Source of the DNA: an uncultured Clostridia bacterium
GTDB lineage: Bacteria > Bacillota > Clostridia > Oscillospirales > CAG-382
Direction of reading: 5' to 3'
Length of the DNA stretch: 64,000 nucleotides
Assembly (NCBI GenBank): GCA_944375955.1
Contig: CALWBE010000062.1
Span: 1,314-65,313, forward strand
The stretch's first letter is position 1. The number at the start of each line of letters is the position of its first letter. The translations under genes and the position numbers were made by a program. The notes below the pieces were generated by a model. The model did no database searches. It had not been told where the DNA came from and saw only the letters and a program-made list of their open reading frames with translations. Shown one piece after another: positions 1 through 9,169 of the stretch.

Positions 1-1789
1 ACCCCGAAATGAGTGCTTTTAATGTAGCTTCATCAAAATCAGGATTTATATTGAAGTTCAACACAGGAATTCCTAAAGCTCTTTTTAAGTCAAGGGATGT
101 AACACTTTTCAAAAGTGCAGTAGGGCCCTCTGTATCTTTGCCGAAAATAGCACCTAGTGAATCGCAAAGTGGAGTTCCTTTTTCTCTTCCGTCAGGTGTT
201 GCTCCTATTTTCGCTCCTGCATACACTTGCGACATAAACTGAATGGATGACGGCAGAAAACCCTCACCAATATATGGCTTTTTATCATCAAGCATAGAAA
301 ATATATCAGTAGAAAGCTTATTTGTGAAATTATTAGCATCTCTGTTATCGTTACCAAAGCTTATTTTATGATTTCGTGTCTGAATCAAAAATTCTTTGCT
401 GTTTGTTTGCAGTAATTCAACAAATTCTTCCGCATTATATAGTTTTTCTTCAAATATAAAATCCCGTATTACGAGCATTGCATCAATTACATTTATCATG
501 CCGGCAAAGTTAACAATACTCCACTTGTATCTTGCACCGCCGGTATTAAACTCCAAACCGTTATCAATACAATCATCAACAAGCAATGTCCGCATAGGCA
601 CGGGATTATATTTTGCACGTTCTCTTTGTGAATTGCTGATTTCTGCGGTTACTATTTTAACAACAGATGCTACTTCTGATATGTAGTCATTATAGAAATT
701 TTCAAAGTTTTTCGAATCTGCAAGCTTTGTATATATAGTATTTTCTAAAATTAAAAGTAAATTTATGCCCGCATCAAGAGAACCGACATTTGAAAGTCCG
801 GCAATCATTGTTTCTGTACAACCGCCGCCGCAAAATTTCTTTATATCTTCGTCGCTGATAACAGGGAATCTAGCTTTTAGCTCTTCCATTATGGCTTTTT
901 CGTTATAAAAAGCAGGCTGACCATTGCTTGTTCTGATAACCTCGAAGGCTTTTTCCCATACCTCGTCAGGCGTATCGTCATTAACAAAAAGTTCAATCAT
1001 TGGTCGTCTTTTACCTTTTGATGCTTCTAAACATTGAATTGTAAGAGGTGTATAATCTACCCCCAGCGCCATTGAATATCCGCAATTTGCGTCAAGGTTA
1101 TCATATAGATTTTTTAGTACATCGACAATATCTTCGCCTTTATAATACGGGTAAAGACCAGATGCTACACAGCCAAGATTGTCACAATTATCAAGATAGA
1201 GAATAAAATTCCACGCAACAATGGCTTCGTATATATTTTCCGCAGGATAAAGCGGAACTTTCCTCAATGCATTTATGAGTTTTTCATCTGCCCCTGCTTT
1301 ATCGAGATACCTTATGCAACGGTTCAAATAGTTTTTTATTCCTTCTACGATATGTAAAAGACCTTCACGCATATCTTCATCTTCTATTTTTTTGATTCTT
1401 TGTATGTAAGATAATAAACCTTCTTTCAAAATGCGTTCATAGTTTGGCATGGAGTGTGTGAACATATCTCCTGCAACAGTATGCTCCTTTGGCACAGACG
1501 ACTGATATTTGCAAAATTCCGAACAATATAGTTCCGCCAGCTCTATGTCTTTCTCACACACAGCATTACGATTTATACTCATGCCTTCCATATAAGACGG
1601 ATATATACTCATTTTGTTTGCAATAACTCCCGATGGATATAAAAATTCTCCGTTGTAAACTGCAAGCTCACAGTTTTCGTAAAATCTTCTTATTCCAAGG
1701 GATTTTCTGTAAAAAAAGCTTCTGTACGGTTCTTCGTACATCCCTGCACCGCCGTACTCTCCAATGCTTTTAAATTTATCCGATATCAT
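1..1789 (-). CDS. Glycyl radical enzyme, pyruvate formate-lyase-like superfamily (N-terminal 596 codons; C-terminus runs off the left edge)
   Basis: Absent from the ORF track because it is open to the window edge. My own minus-strand translation from ATG 1789 (RBS AAGAAAGGGAGA just upstream) is stop-free to base 1. Motifs seen: NGQPAFYNE, Cys loop KKFCGGGC(324)TETM, IGATPDGREKGTPLCDS (aa 528-544), GPTALLKSVTSLD, VLNFNINP. The glycyl-radical RVxG motif would lie off-window. Confidence 0.75.
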   Translation of the reverse strand, partial: MISDKFKSIGEYGGAGMYEEPYRSFFYRKSLGIRRFYENCELAVYNGEFLYPSGVIANKMSIYPSYMEGMSINRNAVCEKDIELAELYCSEFCKYQSSVPKEHTVAGDMFTHSMPNYERILKEGLLSYIQRIKKIEDEDMREGLLHIVEGIKNYLNRCIRYLDKAGADEKLINALRKVPLYPAENIYEAIVAWNFILYLDNCDNLGCVASGLYPYYKGEDIVDVLKNLYDNLDANCGYSMALGVDYTPLTIQCLEASKGKRRPMIELFVNDDTPDEVWEKAFEVIRTSNGQPAFYNEKAIMEELKARFPVISDEDIKKFCGGGCTETMIAGLSNVGSLDAGINLLLILENTIYTKLADSKNFENFYNDYISEVASVVKIVTAEISNSQRERAKYNPVPMRTLLVDDCIDNGLEFNTGGARYKWSIVNFAGMINVIDAMLVIRDFIFEEKLYNAEEFVELLQTNSKEFLIQTRNHKISFGNDNRDANNFTNKLSTDIFSMLDDKKPYIGEGFLPSSIQFMSQVYAGAKIGATPDGREKGTPLCDSLGAIFGKDTEGPTALLKSVTSLDLKRALGIPVLNFNINPDFDEATLKALISG

Positions 1790-1895
1790 AATATCATCTC
1801 CCTTTCTTAGACCATATAATACGCTAAAAAAGCTGATTTGTCTATTGACAAATTAATCCATAATATGGTAAAATCATAACTAATAAGAAAGGGGA

Positions 1896-2705
1896 TTGCG
1901 TATGCGATATGAGATTTTTTCCGACAGCAGTATTTCTCCGCTTAAAATAAATACCATAGGCTTCAGCAGAGATGCTGAAGTTACGAAATTTGGTCCCGGG
2001 AAAAGAAATTTATATATCATACACTATGTAACCAAAGGAAAAGGGTATTTTAACGGCGTATCTGTAAATGAAGGTCAAGGTTTTTTTATTTATCCGGGAC
2101 AAGATGAAGAATACTACTCAGACCCGTGTGATCCTTGGGAGTTTTTATGGGTTATATCTTCTGATAATGCAATGAAAGAAATTTTCGACAGATACTATAC
2201 TGATAATGATGCTTATGTATTCGACTTTGATTCCGTTACGGAAGTAAGAAAAATTGCGAATGAAATTATGGCTAAAAACGGTGATATATTAGACTCATTA
2301 AAAATGTTGGAAATGTACTTACATATATTAAACAGCCATACCTATACAAAAATATCAACACGATGCAAGACAAATTGCGAAACGTATTTGGAATTTTGTG
2401 TTGACTATATCGAAATAAATATACATAAGAAAATTACAGTAGAGGAACTTTTGGATTTAGTGGGCGTTAGTCAACCTTACTTATACAAAATTTTCAAAAA
2501 CAAATTCAATATGTCGATAAAAGAATATATTACATGCTATAAGATAAATCGTGCTAAAAAATTATTAGTTGAAACAAATATGTTGATAACTGAAATTGCA
2601 AATTCCGTTGGATATAGTGATGTTCTTTCATTTTCTAAGGCCTTTTCCTCAAAGGAAAAAGTGTCTCCGCAAAAATATCGTTTGCTCACAAGAAAAACAC
2701 TGTGA
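1896..2705 (+). CDS. AraC/XylS-family transcriptional regulator (cupin-like N-domain plus dual HTH C-domain)
   Basis: C-terminus SQPYLYKIFKNKFNMSIKEYITCYKINRAKKLL...ITEIANSVGYSDVLSFSKAFSSKEKVSPQKYR is a typical AraC HTH. The N-terminus has YIIHYVTKGKGYF...GQGFFIYPGQ. The track start is TTG 1896; ATG 1902 after GGGGA is the more likely start. Divergent from the glycyl radical enzyme. Confidence 0.85.
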   Translation: MRMRYEIFSDSSISPLKINTIGFSRDAEVTKFGPGKRNLYIIHYVTKGKGYFNGVSVNEGQGFFIYPGQDEEYYSDPCDPWEFLWVISSDNAMKEIFDRYYTDNDAYVFDFDSVTEVRKIANEIMAKNGDILDSLKMLEMYLHILNSHTYTKISTRCKTNCETYLEFCVDYIEINIHKKITVEELLDLVGVSQPYLYKIFKNKFNMSIKEYITCYKINRAKKLLVETNMLITEIANSVGYSDVLSFSKAFSSKEKVSPQKYRLLTRKTL

Positions 2706-2786
2706 TTTTGTCCGGTACTGTAACAAGCAAGGAAGATGTGTACCATCTTCCGTAAATTCAGGTTAATCCTGATACCTTATACAACA

Positions 2787-2819
2787 AAACCCGAAACAAA
2801 AAAATTGTTTCGGGTTTTA
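2787..2819 (+). terminator. Rho-independent terminator of the AraC-family gene
   Basis: AACCCGAAAC (2788-2797), 9-nt loop, GTTTCGGGTT (2807-2816), followed by TT. Confidence 0.7.
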
Positions 2820-2874
2820 AACTGTCCTTAAGAACACTCTGCGTACTGCGTCCGGATTTTTTTATATATACAGT

Positions 2875-2905
2875 AAAAGGCTGCGTAACAAACGCAGCCT
2901 TTTTG
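2875..2905 (-). terminator. Hairpin terminator (bidirectional shape) downstream of the sugar ABC ATPase gene
   Basis: AAAAGGCTGCG / taacaaa / CGCAGCCTTTT. A/T runs on both sides. Lies 88 nt past the minus-strand stop at 2993. Confidence 0.6.
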
Positions 2906-2992
2906 AATTATGTACGATAATCCGCAAATATTGTCTTGCAGCTGTCCTTCTCTTATAAAAAAGCAATGACGGAGCAACTGTCAAACACAATA

Positions 2993-4108
2993 TCAGTGTA
3001 CTATACACTTTTCTGTATCTTTGTCAAATATATGAAGTCTTGAAATATCAAGTGCGATCTTAATAGTATCGCCGGATTTTGCCTGTGAACGTGATGATAC
3101 AGTAGCTATAAGACTTGCGGCTTCTTCCACATTAAGATAGAGGTGAATATTTGCACCCATGAGCTCAGTAACATCAACTGTTGCTTCTGTAACCCACTCT
3201 GACAAAGATGAAAGATACATAGGCTCGTCATGAATGTTTTCAGGACGGATACCGAGTATAACTTCCTTGCCGATATATTCCTGAAGTTCCGGAACTGCTG
3301 CTTTTTCAGCCGGAAGCTTAAATTCACAGCTACCGAAGCAAGCGTACAAGCTGTCGCCTTTCTTTTGGATAGTAGCGTTTATAAAATTCATCTGAGGTGT
3401 GCCGATAAATCCTGCAACGAAAAGATTTACAGGCTCATCATAAAGTTTTTGAGGAGAATCAACCTGCTGAATAATTCCGTCTTTCATAACAACTATACGC
3501 GAAGCCATTGTCATAGCCTCTACCTGGTCATGTGTAACGTATATAAATGTTGTTCCGAGTCTCTTGTGAAGCTTTGTAAGCTCAGTTCTCATGGAAGCAC
3601 GAAGCTTAGCATCAAGGTTTGAAAGCGGTTCGTCAAGAAGGAATACTTTAGGCTCACGAACTATAGCACGTCCGAGTGCAACTCTCTGGCGCTGACCTCC
3701 TGACAATGCCTTAGGCTTTCTGTCAAGCAAATGCTTTATATCGAGTATACGGGCTGCTTCTTCAACTCTTCTTTTTATCTCTTCCTTAGGAGTCTTGCGA
3801 AGCTTGAGTCCGAATGCCATATTTTCAAACACAGTCATATGCGGATAAAGAGCATAGTTCTGGAACACCATGGAGATATCTCTGTCCTTAGGCGCAACAT
3901 CGTTGACAAGCCTTTCGCCTATGTAAAGTTCTCCTTCCGTAATCTCTTCCAAGCCTGAGATCATGCGAAGAGTAGTGGATTTTCCGCATCCGGAAGGACC
4001 TACAAGAATAATAAATTCCTTATCCTTTATCTCAAGGCAAAAATCGGATACAGCAGTAACTCCTCCGGGATATCTCTTATAAATATGCTTTAATGATACA
4101 CTTGCCAT
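2993..4108 (-). CDS. Sugar ABC transporter ATP-binding protein, MsmX/MalK/UgpC type (stand-alone)
   Basis: 371 aa. Walker A GPSGCGKST, Q-loop FQNYALYPHMTV, signature LSGGQRQRVALGRA, Walker B FLLDEPLSNLD, and a C-terminal MalK-like regulatory/TOBE region. RBS GGAGGA upstream. No permease or binding-protein gene adjacent. Confidence 0.9.
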   Translation of the reverse strand: MASVSLKHIYKRYPGGVTAVSDFCLEIKDKEFIILVGPSGCGKSTTLRMISGLEEITEGELYIGERLVNDVAPKDRDISMVFQNYALYPHMTVFENMAFGLKLRKTPKEEIKRRVEEAARILDIKHLLDRKPKALSGGQRQRVALGRAIVREPKVFLLDEPLSNLDAKLRASMRTELTKLHKRLGTTFIYVTHDQVEAMTMASRIVVMKDGIIQQVDSPQKLYDEPVNLFVAGFIGTPQMNFINATIQKKGDSLYACFGSCEFKLPAEKAAVPELQEYIGKEVILGIRPENIHDEPMYLSSLSEWVTEATVDVTELMGANIHLYLNVEEAASLIATVSSRSQAKSGDTIKIALDISRLHIFDKDTEKCIVH

Positions 4109-4461
4109 TTAAATGTAATCCTCCTATAATTTAATACGAGTTTAGAAATATCAAACTTAAACATATATAATATACCAAAAATCAACGTGAAAATAAAGAG
4201 CTTAAATTCCCAAATTTTTTATATCCTATTTAGCAATTTTGCACAAAAAACGGCTCTTTTTTATTTTTTTAGTACTTATTTGTATTAGAATCTCTGATTT
4301 TTGTGCACTTTTTATGCTTTTAATGCGTTATAAAATATGATAAAAAATATTTTTTACCAAATAAACAAAATTCGTTCAAAAGATATATACAAGTTGTACG
4401 ATTTATTCTCTTTTATTCTCTATTTTACAGTTTAAAATCATGTCGTTCGCAATAATATTAT

Positions 4462-5649
4462 TTACTTTAAAGAATCTGCTGCTGCCTTCAGCGCCGCCGC
4501 TTTATCTTTACGCTCCCACGGAACATTAAGCTCTTCCCTTCCGAAATGTCCGTAAGCCGCAAGCTGCTTATATATCGGCCTGCGAAGATCAAGCATTTCT
4601 ATTATCGCCGCCGGTCTGAGATCAAACACCTCACACACGGCTTTTTCTATTATTTCATCGCTTACCCTACCCGTTCCCTGTGTATCTATCATAACAGAAA
4701 CCGGTCTTGCAACTCCTATCGCATATGCGATCTGCACTTCGCATTTTGACGCAAGGCCTGAAGCAACAACATTTTTCGCCACATATCTTGCTGCATAAGC
4801 CGCGCTTCTGTCTACCTTTGTAGGATCTTTTCCTGAAAAGGCTCCGCCGCCGTGCCGTCCGTATCCTCCGTATGTATCAACTATTATTTTTCGTCCTGTA
4901 AGACCGGTATCTCCCTGAGGTCCTCCTACAACAAAACGTCCAGTCGGATTTACGAATATCTTTGTCTTATCATCAAGCAAATCCGACAGGACAGACGGCT
5001 TTATGACTTTTTCTATTATATCCTCGCGTATCTTATCAATCTCTATTTCCGGAGAATGCTGCGACGATACAACTATCGTATCTACACGAACCGGCTTCCC
5101 GTCATCATACTCAACAGTAACCTGAGTTTTTCCATCCGGTCTCAAATAGTCTATTGTCCCGTTTTTCCTCACTTCCGAAAGCCTTTTCGCAAGTTTATGC
5201 GCTAATGATATAGGAAGCGGCATAAGTTCAGGAGTCTCATTGCAGGCATAGCCGAAAACCATTCCCTGATCTCCTGCGCCTATATCATATTTGCTTGAAT
5301 CCCCATGTTTTGCTTCGAAAGATTTATCTACTCCGAGAGCTATGTCAGGAGACTGTTCGTGTATCGAGCTTATTACTGCGCATGTCTGACAGTCAAATCC
5401 GAATTTTGCACGGTCATATCCTATCTCATTTACTGTGTTTCTCACTACAGTTTGAAAATCCACATATCCCTTTGTAGTAATCTCTCCCATTACAACAATA
5501 AGGCCGGTAGTCGCCGCTGTCTCACATGCAACCCGTGCTGTCGGGTCCTGTTCTATAATTGCATCTAATATTGCGTCGGATATGAGATCGCACATTTTAT
5601 CGGGATGACCTTCTGTCACCGATTCTGACGTAAAAAGCGTTTTTTTCAT
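4462..5649 (-). CDS. metK: S-adenosylmethionine synthetase
   Basis: [30 protein letters not shown]..., [31 protein letters not shown]. The track ORF starts at 5706, but the conserved N-terminus, RBS GAAAGGAA and the upstream riboswitch terminator place the start at ATG 5649. Confidence 0.95.
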   Translation of the reverse strand: MKKTLFTSESVTEGHPDKMCDLISDAILDAIIEQDPTARVACETAATTGLIVVMGEITTKGYVDFQTVVRNTVNEIGYDRAKFGFDCQTCAVISSIHEQSPDIALGVDKSFEAKHGDSSKYDIGAGDQGMVFGYACNETPELMPLPISLAHKLAKRLSEVRKNGTIDYLRPDGKTQVTVEYDDGKPVRVDTIVVSSQHSPEIEIDKIREDIIEKVIKPSVLSDLLDDKTKIFVNPTGRFVVGGPQGDTGLTGRKIIVDTYGGYGRHGGGAFSGKDPTKVDRSAAYAARYVAKNVVASGLASKCEVQIAYAIGVARPVSVMIDTQGTGRVSDEIIEKAVCEVFDLRPAAIIEMLDLRRPIYKQLAAYGHFGREELNVPWERKDKAAALKAAADSLK

Positions 5650-5683
5650 TATTTTATAATTCCTTTCAGCATAAATAAAGCAT

Positions 5684-5832
5684 AAAAAAATTCCCCTTGC
5701 ACACAAAAAGGGGAATAAGACAATTTCTCATCTTCCGGAGCAATATTCTCCGCAGGAAGTGGCACCTTGAAAAAATAACAGGTTGCCGGGCTTCATTGGT
5801 CCTGTCCCCTCAGCCGCTCTTGATAAGATATA
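5684..5832 (-). promoter_or_regulatory. SAM-I (S-box) riboswitch with intrinsic terminator expression platform, controlling metK
   Basis: The minus strand reads TCTTATCAAGAGCGGCTGAGGGGACAGGACCAATGAAGCCCGGCAACCTG...AAGGTGCCACTTCCTGCGGAG...CTCCGGAAGATGAGAA, which are S-box conserved cores. This is followed by TTCCCCTT/tttgtgtgc/AAGGGGAA plus T7 (5684-5715), ending 34 nt before the metK ATG. Confidence 0.85.
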
Positions 5833-5861
5833 TTCAAATTTCGACATTTATATCCTTAGAT

Positions 5862-5890
5862 ATCATATCATACTATATCACATTTGTCAA
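5862..5890 (-). promoter_or_regulatory. Sigma-A-type promoter for the S-box/metK transcript
   Basis: Minus strand TTGACA (5890-5885), 17 nt spacer, TATGAT (5867-5862), about 30 nt upstream of the riboswitch. Confidence 0.5.
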
Positions 5891-5915
5891 CATCTAAACC
5901 TCTTTAATTTATTTC

Positions 5916-5944
5916 TTGAATAATAAAGACACATGTATTATAAT
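5916..5944 (+). promoter_or_regulatory. Sigma-A-type promoter for the WYL regulator gene
   Basis: TTGAAT (5916-5921), 17 nt spacer, TATAAT (5939-5944). Back-to-back with the metK promoter, 26 nt apart. Confidence 0.5.
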
Positions 5945-5991
5945 TAAATAAGTGAAATATATCTGACAAAAAACGACGGGAGGTAAAACTT

Positions 5992-6987
5992 TTGCCGAAA
6001 TCTGCAGCACACAAGCTAAAATTACTTTATCTTATGAAAATTTTTTTTGAATACACTGATGAAGAACACCCTCTTACAGCAGCGGAACTTATCAGTCATC
6101 TTAAGTGTTATGGGATATCCGCTGAAAGGAAAAGCATATACAGTGATATTGATATGCTTATAGAGTATGGGCTTGATATAATCGCTGTAAAATCAAAATC
6201 ATACGGTTACTACATTGCAAGCAGAGAGTTTGAGCTTCCCGAACTGAAGCTGCTGGTTGATTCTGTACAGTCGTCAAAGTTTATAACAAAAAAGAAAAGC
6301 TCTGAACTTATTAAAAAAATTGAGCGGCTCACAAGTAAATATCAGGCTACAAAACTTGAAAGACAGGTCTTTGTCGCCAATCGGATAAAAACGATGAACG
6401 AAAGCATATATTACACCGTCGACTACATACATACCGCAATATCCGAAAACGCCAAAATATCGTTTAAATATTTTGAGTGGACTGCCGAAAAGAAAAAAGT
6501 TCTGAAACACGGCGGAAAAGAATATATAACAAGTCCCTGGGCGCTTACATGGGACGACGAAAACTATTACCTTGTAGCATATGACTCTGAATCAGACGCA
6601 ATAAGGCATTATCGAGTCGATAAAATCACTGATATTAAGACACTCAATGAAAAGCGCGAAGGTGAAGTCTGCTTTGCAGAATTCGATATGGCTGTTTACT
6701 CAAAATCAGTTTTCGGCATGTTCGGAGGAAAAGCCGAGTATGTTACATTGCTATGTGATTCCTCTCTTGCAGGAATAATAATCGACAGATTCGGAGAAGA
6801 AGTAACTTTTCTTAAACGCGGAGAAAACAAATTTGAAATCACAGTAAATGTTGTTCTGTCTCCTCTATTTTATTCATGGGTATTTGGCTTTGCAGGCAGA
6901 ATGACTATAGAATCTCCGGAAAAGGCAAAATCAGAATTTAAAAGGCAGCTTCAGGCAGTAGAAAAATCGTTTTCAGATAATGAGTAA
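5992..6987 (+). CDS. WYL-domain transcriptional regulator (wHTH plus WYL plus C-terminal extension)
   Basis: 331 aa. N-terminal KLKLLYLMKIFFEYTDEEHPLTAAELISHLKCYGISAERKSIYSDIDML is a winged HTH. Central ISFKYFEWTAEKKKVLKHGGKEYITSPWALTWDDENYYLVAYDSESDAIRHYRVDKI is a WYL-type SH3-like barrel. TTG start 8 nt after GGGAGG. Confidence 0.8.
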   Translation: MPKSAAHKLKLLYLMKIFFEYTDEEHPLTAAELISHLKCYGISAERKSIYSDIDMLIEYGLDIIAVKSKSYGYYIASREFELPELKLLVDSVQSSKFITKKKSSELIKKIERLTSKYQATKLERQVFVANRIKTMNESIYYTVDYIHTAISENAKISFKYFEWTAEKKKVLKHGGKEYITSPWALTWDDENYYLVAYDSESDAIRHYRVDKITDIKTLNEKREGEVCFAEFDMAVYSKSVFGMFGGKAEYVTLLCDSSLAGIIIDRFGEEVTFLKRGENKFEITVNVVLSPLFYSWVFGFAGRMTIESPEKAKSEFKRQLQAVEKSFSDNE

Positions 6988-7082
6988 TTAAATTTTGCTC
7001 ATCATTGAAAATCTGAAAACTCAGGCAATTTATTTTAAGTATCTTTATATTGGTATAAAAACAAACAAATTAACCAAAACTC

Positions 7083-7111
7083 TTGAATTTTATAAAACTA
7101 TGAGATATAAT
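7083..7111 (+). promoter_or_regulatory. Sigma-A-type promoter for pgi
   Basis: TTGAAT (7083-7088), 17 nt spacer, TATAAT (7106-7111). Confidence 0.5.
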
Positions 7112-7156
7112 TAAATGTTAGTAATTCACATTTTATATTGCGGAGGATCTATAATT

Positions 7157-8506
7157 ATGGCTATTAAATGTAAAGCAGATTATCTGAAAAATTTTATTTC
7201 GGATGCTGATATAAAAGCGCTTATTCCGTCTCTTGAAAACGCTCATAAGCAGCTTACCGAAAAAAGTGGCGCAGGCAATGATTTTCTCGGCTGGTATGAC
7301 CTTCCTTTTGAGTATGACAAAGAAGAGTTCGAAAGGATTAAAAAAGCGGCCGAAAAAATAAAAAATGACAGTGATATATTCATTGCAATTGGTATAGGCG
7401 GATCATATCTCGGCGCAAGAGCCGCTATTGAATTTATTAAATCCCCATATTACAATAACCTTAAAAAAGATACACCCGACATATATTTTGCAGGAAATAC
7501 AATAAGCTCGTCTGCGGTTTCGGAAATTCTTAAGATATGCGAAGGCAAAGACGTTTCAATAAATGTAATTTCTAAATCCGGTACGACAACCGAACCCGGA
7601 GTCGTTTTCCGCCTGTTCCGTGAAATGCTTGAAAAAAAATACGGCAAAGAAGGCGCTGCAAAAAGAATTTACATAACTACGGACAAATCCCGCGGAAATC
7701 TTAAAAAATTTGCTGACGCTAACGGCTGTGAAACTTTTGTTATTCCCGATGATGTCGGAGGAAGATATTCTGTTCTGACAGCCTGCGGTCTTTTACCCAT
7801 CGCCGTTGCGGGAATAGATATTGACGCAATAATGCGCGGCGCACAAACCGCAGCAAACGCTCTCAAAAAATGCGATATTGCTTCCAATGATGCGTACAAG
7901 TATGCGGTGCTTCGCAATGCTTTGCTTGCAAAAGGAAAAGTAATGGAGATAATGGCTTGCTATGAGCCTGCGTTCCAGTATATGAACGAGTGGTGGAAAC
8001 AGCTTTTCGGAGAAAGCGAGGGCAAGGACGGAAAAGGTATATTCCCTGTTTCGGTAATATATTCGACTGATCTCCATTCGCTCGGTCAGATTATTCAGGA
8101 AGGTCAAAGAAATATATTTGAAACCGTGGTCGACATAAAAAAATCGAACGACACGGTCATTATACCAAATGACTCGGAAAATATCGACGGCATGAACTTC
8201 CTTTCAGGAAAAGAACTGTCTTTTGTAAATGAAAAGGCTTATTTGGGTACAGTATTTGCACACCTCGATGGCGGAGTGCCCAATATAATACTTGAGCTTG
8301 ATTCAAGATCTGAAGAAGACTATGGATATATGGTTTATTTCTTTGAGCTTGCATGCGCCATTTCAGGATATATTCTGGGAATAAATCCATTTAATCAACC
8401 CGGTGTAGAGGCATATAAGAAAAATATGTTTGCGCTTCTCGGAAAGCCGGGAGAAGAAAATGAAAAGAGAAAAGCAGAACTTGAAAATCTTATGAAAAGT
8501 TTCTGA
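7157..8506 (+). CDS. pgi: Glucose-6-phosphate isomerase (Firmicute ~450-aa type)
   Basis: [59 protein letters not shown]. The track ORF starts at 7115; ATG 7157 follows GCGGAGGA and gives the conserved MAIK... N-terminus. Confidence 0.93.
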   Translation: MAIKCKADYLKNFISDADIKALIPSLENAHKQLTEKSGAGNDFLGWYDLPFEYDKEEFERIKKAAEKIKNDSDIFIAIGIGGSYLGARAAIEFIKSPYYNNLKKDTPDIYFAGNTISSSAVSEILKICEGKDVSINVISKSGTTTEPGVVFRLFREMLEKKYGKEGAAKRIYITTDKSRGNLKKFADANGCETFVIPDDVGGRYSVLTACGLLPIAVAGIDIDAIMRGAQTAANALKKCDIASNDAYKYAVLRNALLAKGKVMEIMACYEPAFQYMNEWWKQLFGESEGKDGKGIFPVSVIYSTDLHSLGQIIQEGQRNIFETVVDIKKSNDTVIIPNDSENIDGMNFLSGKELSFVNEKAYLGTVFAHLDGGVPNIILELDSRSEEDYGYMVYFFELACAISGYILGINPFNQPGVEAYKKNMFALLGKPGEENEKRKAELENLMKSF

Positions 8507-8577
8507 TAATTAGATATTATTTAATACTTATTTACTTCTTTTTAATCTTTTTCTGAAATAATTATTAAATATAATAA

Positions 8578-8608
8578 CAAAAACGACCGCCAGCGGTCGT
8601 TTTTGTTT
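8578..8608 (+). terminator. Rho-independent terminator of pgi
   Basis: ACGACCG / ccag / CGGTCGT followed by TTTTGTTT. Confidence 0.7.
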
Positions 8609-8644
8609 AATTTGAACAATTATTTGCTTTTTTAATATATTTTA

Positions 8645-8673
8645 TTGACTTTTCACATAATATGATGTACAAT
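8645..8673 (+). promoter_or_regulatory. Sigma-A-type promoter for the mini P-loop gene
   Basis: TTGACT (8645-8650), 17 nt spacer, TACAAT (8668-8673), about 68 nt upstream of ATG 8742. Confidence 0.55.
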
Positions 8674-8741
8674 AATTATAGACAATAACAATATTTTTTA
8701 GTTGTCTTAGTTGTCTAATCATTCTTTGGAGGTACACATTT

Positions 8742-9152
8742 ATGCTCAAAATTTTCGCAGGACTCAAAGGTTCCGGAAAGACAAAGAATCTTATTGAAAT
8801 GGTTAATTCCGCTGCTGCAGACTCCCATGGCAATGTAGTCTGTATCGAACAGGGAACAAAGCTTATACACGAAATCACAAATAAAGCAAGACTTATAGAC
8901 ACATTGAATTACAGTATTGACAGCCATGAAAAGCTTTATGGATTTGTATGCGGAATACTTGCTTCCAATTATGATATATCTGATCTGTTCATCGACTCCG
9001 CATTAAAAATCTGCAGAAATGAAATAGATGGCTTTGAAGCTTTTATATTGAAAATAGCTCCTCTTCTTGAAGAAAATAATATCAACTTTACAGTTACAGC
9101 ATCCGTTGAAGTAGAGAAAATTCCGGAGTCTTTAAAAACGTACCTTGCATAA
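8742..9152 (+). CDS. Hypothetical 136-aa mini P-loop NTPase-like protein
   Basis: Walker A-like GLKGSGKT at aa 7-14. Walker B-like hydrophobic strand plus Asp (YDISDLFIDSA). GGAGG RBS, own promoter and own strong terminator (monocistronic). I do not recognise a named family. Confidence 0.6.
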   Translation: MLKIFAGLKGSGKTKNLIEMVNSAAADSHGNVVCIEQGTKLIHEITNKARLIDTLNYSIDSHEKLYGFVCGILASNYDISDLFIDSALKICRNEIDGFEAFILKIAPLLEENNINFTVTASVEVEKIPESLKTYLA

Positions 9153-9169
9153 TTTTTTATAATATAAAT

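Noticed and set aside
3230-3958. Antisense ORFs inside the sugar ABC ATPase gene (3230-3622 +, 3731-3958 +). Many similar antisense or out-of-frame track ORFs occur inside metK, pgi, the giant gene, relA, recJ, lepA and others
   Set aside because: All lie fully within strongly supported genes on the other strand or frame. They lack RBSs and translate to low-complexity sequence.
4241-4306. Inverted repeat GCACAAAAA ... TTTTTGTGC about 48 nt apart in the msmX-like/metK spacer, plus a TTATTCTCT direct repeat near 4405-4430; considered as operator or terminator
   Set aside because: The arms are short and A/T-run dominated and the loop is long. There is no following T-run in the right orientation for metK. 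This is indistinguishable from chance in AT-rich spacer.
5697-5897. 66-aa plus-strand ORF between metK and the WYL gene
   Set aside because: It lies antisense across the SAM-I riboswitch and the metK promoter, which explain the sequence conservation signals. It has no RBS.
8642-8927. Two minus-strand ORFs (86 and 70 aa) overlapping the promoter and 5' end of the mini P-loop gene
   Set aside because: They overlap a canonical plus-strand promoter/RBS/ORF/terminator unit, and they have no RBS or recognisable motifs.
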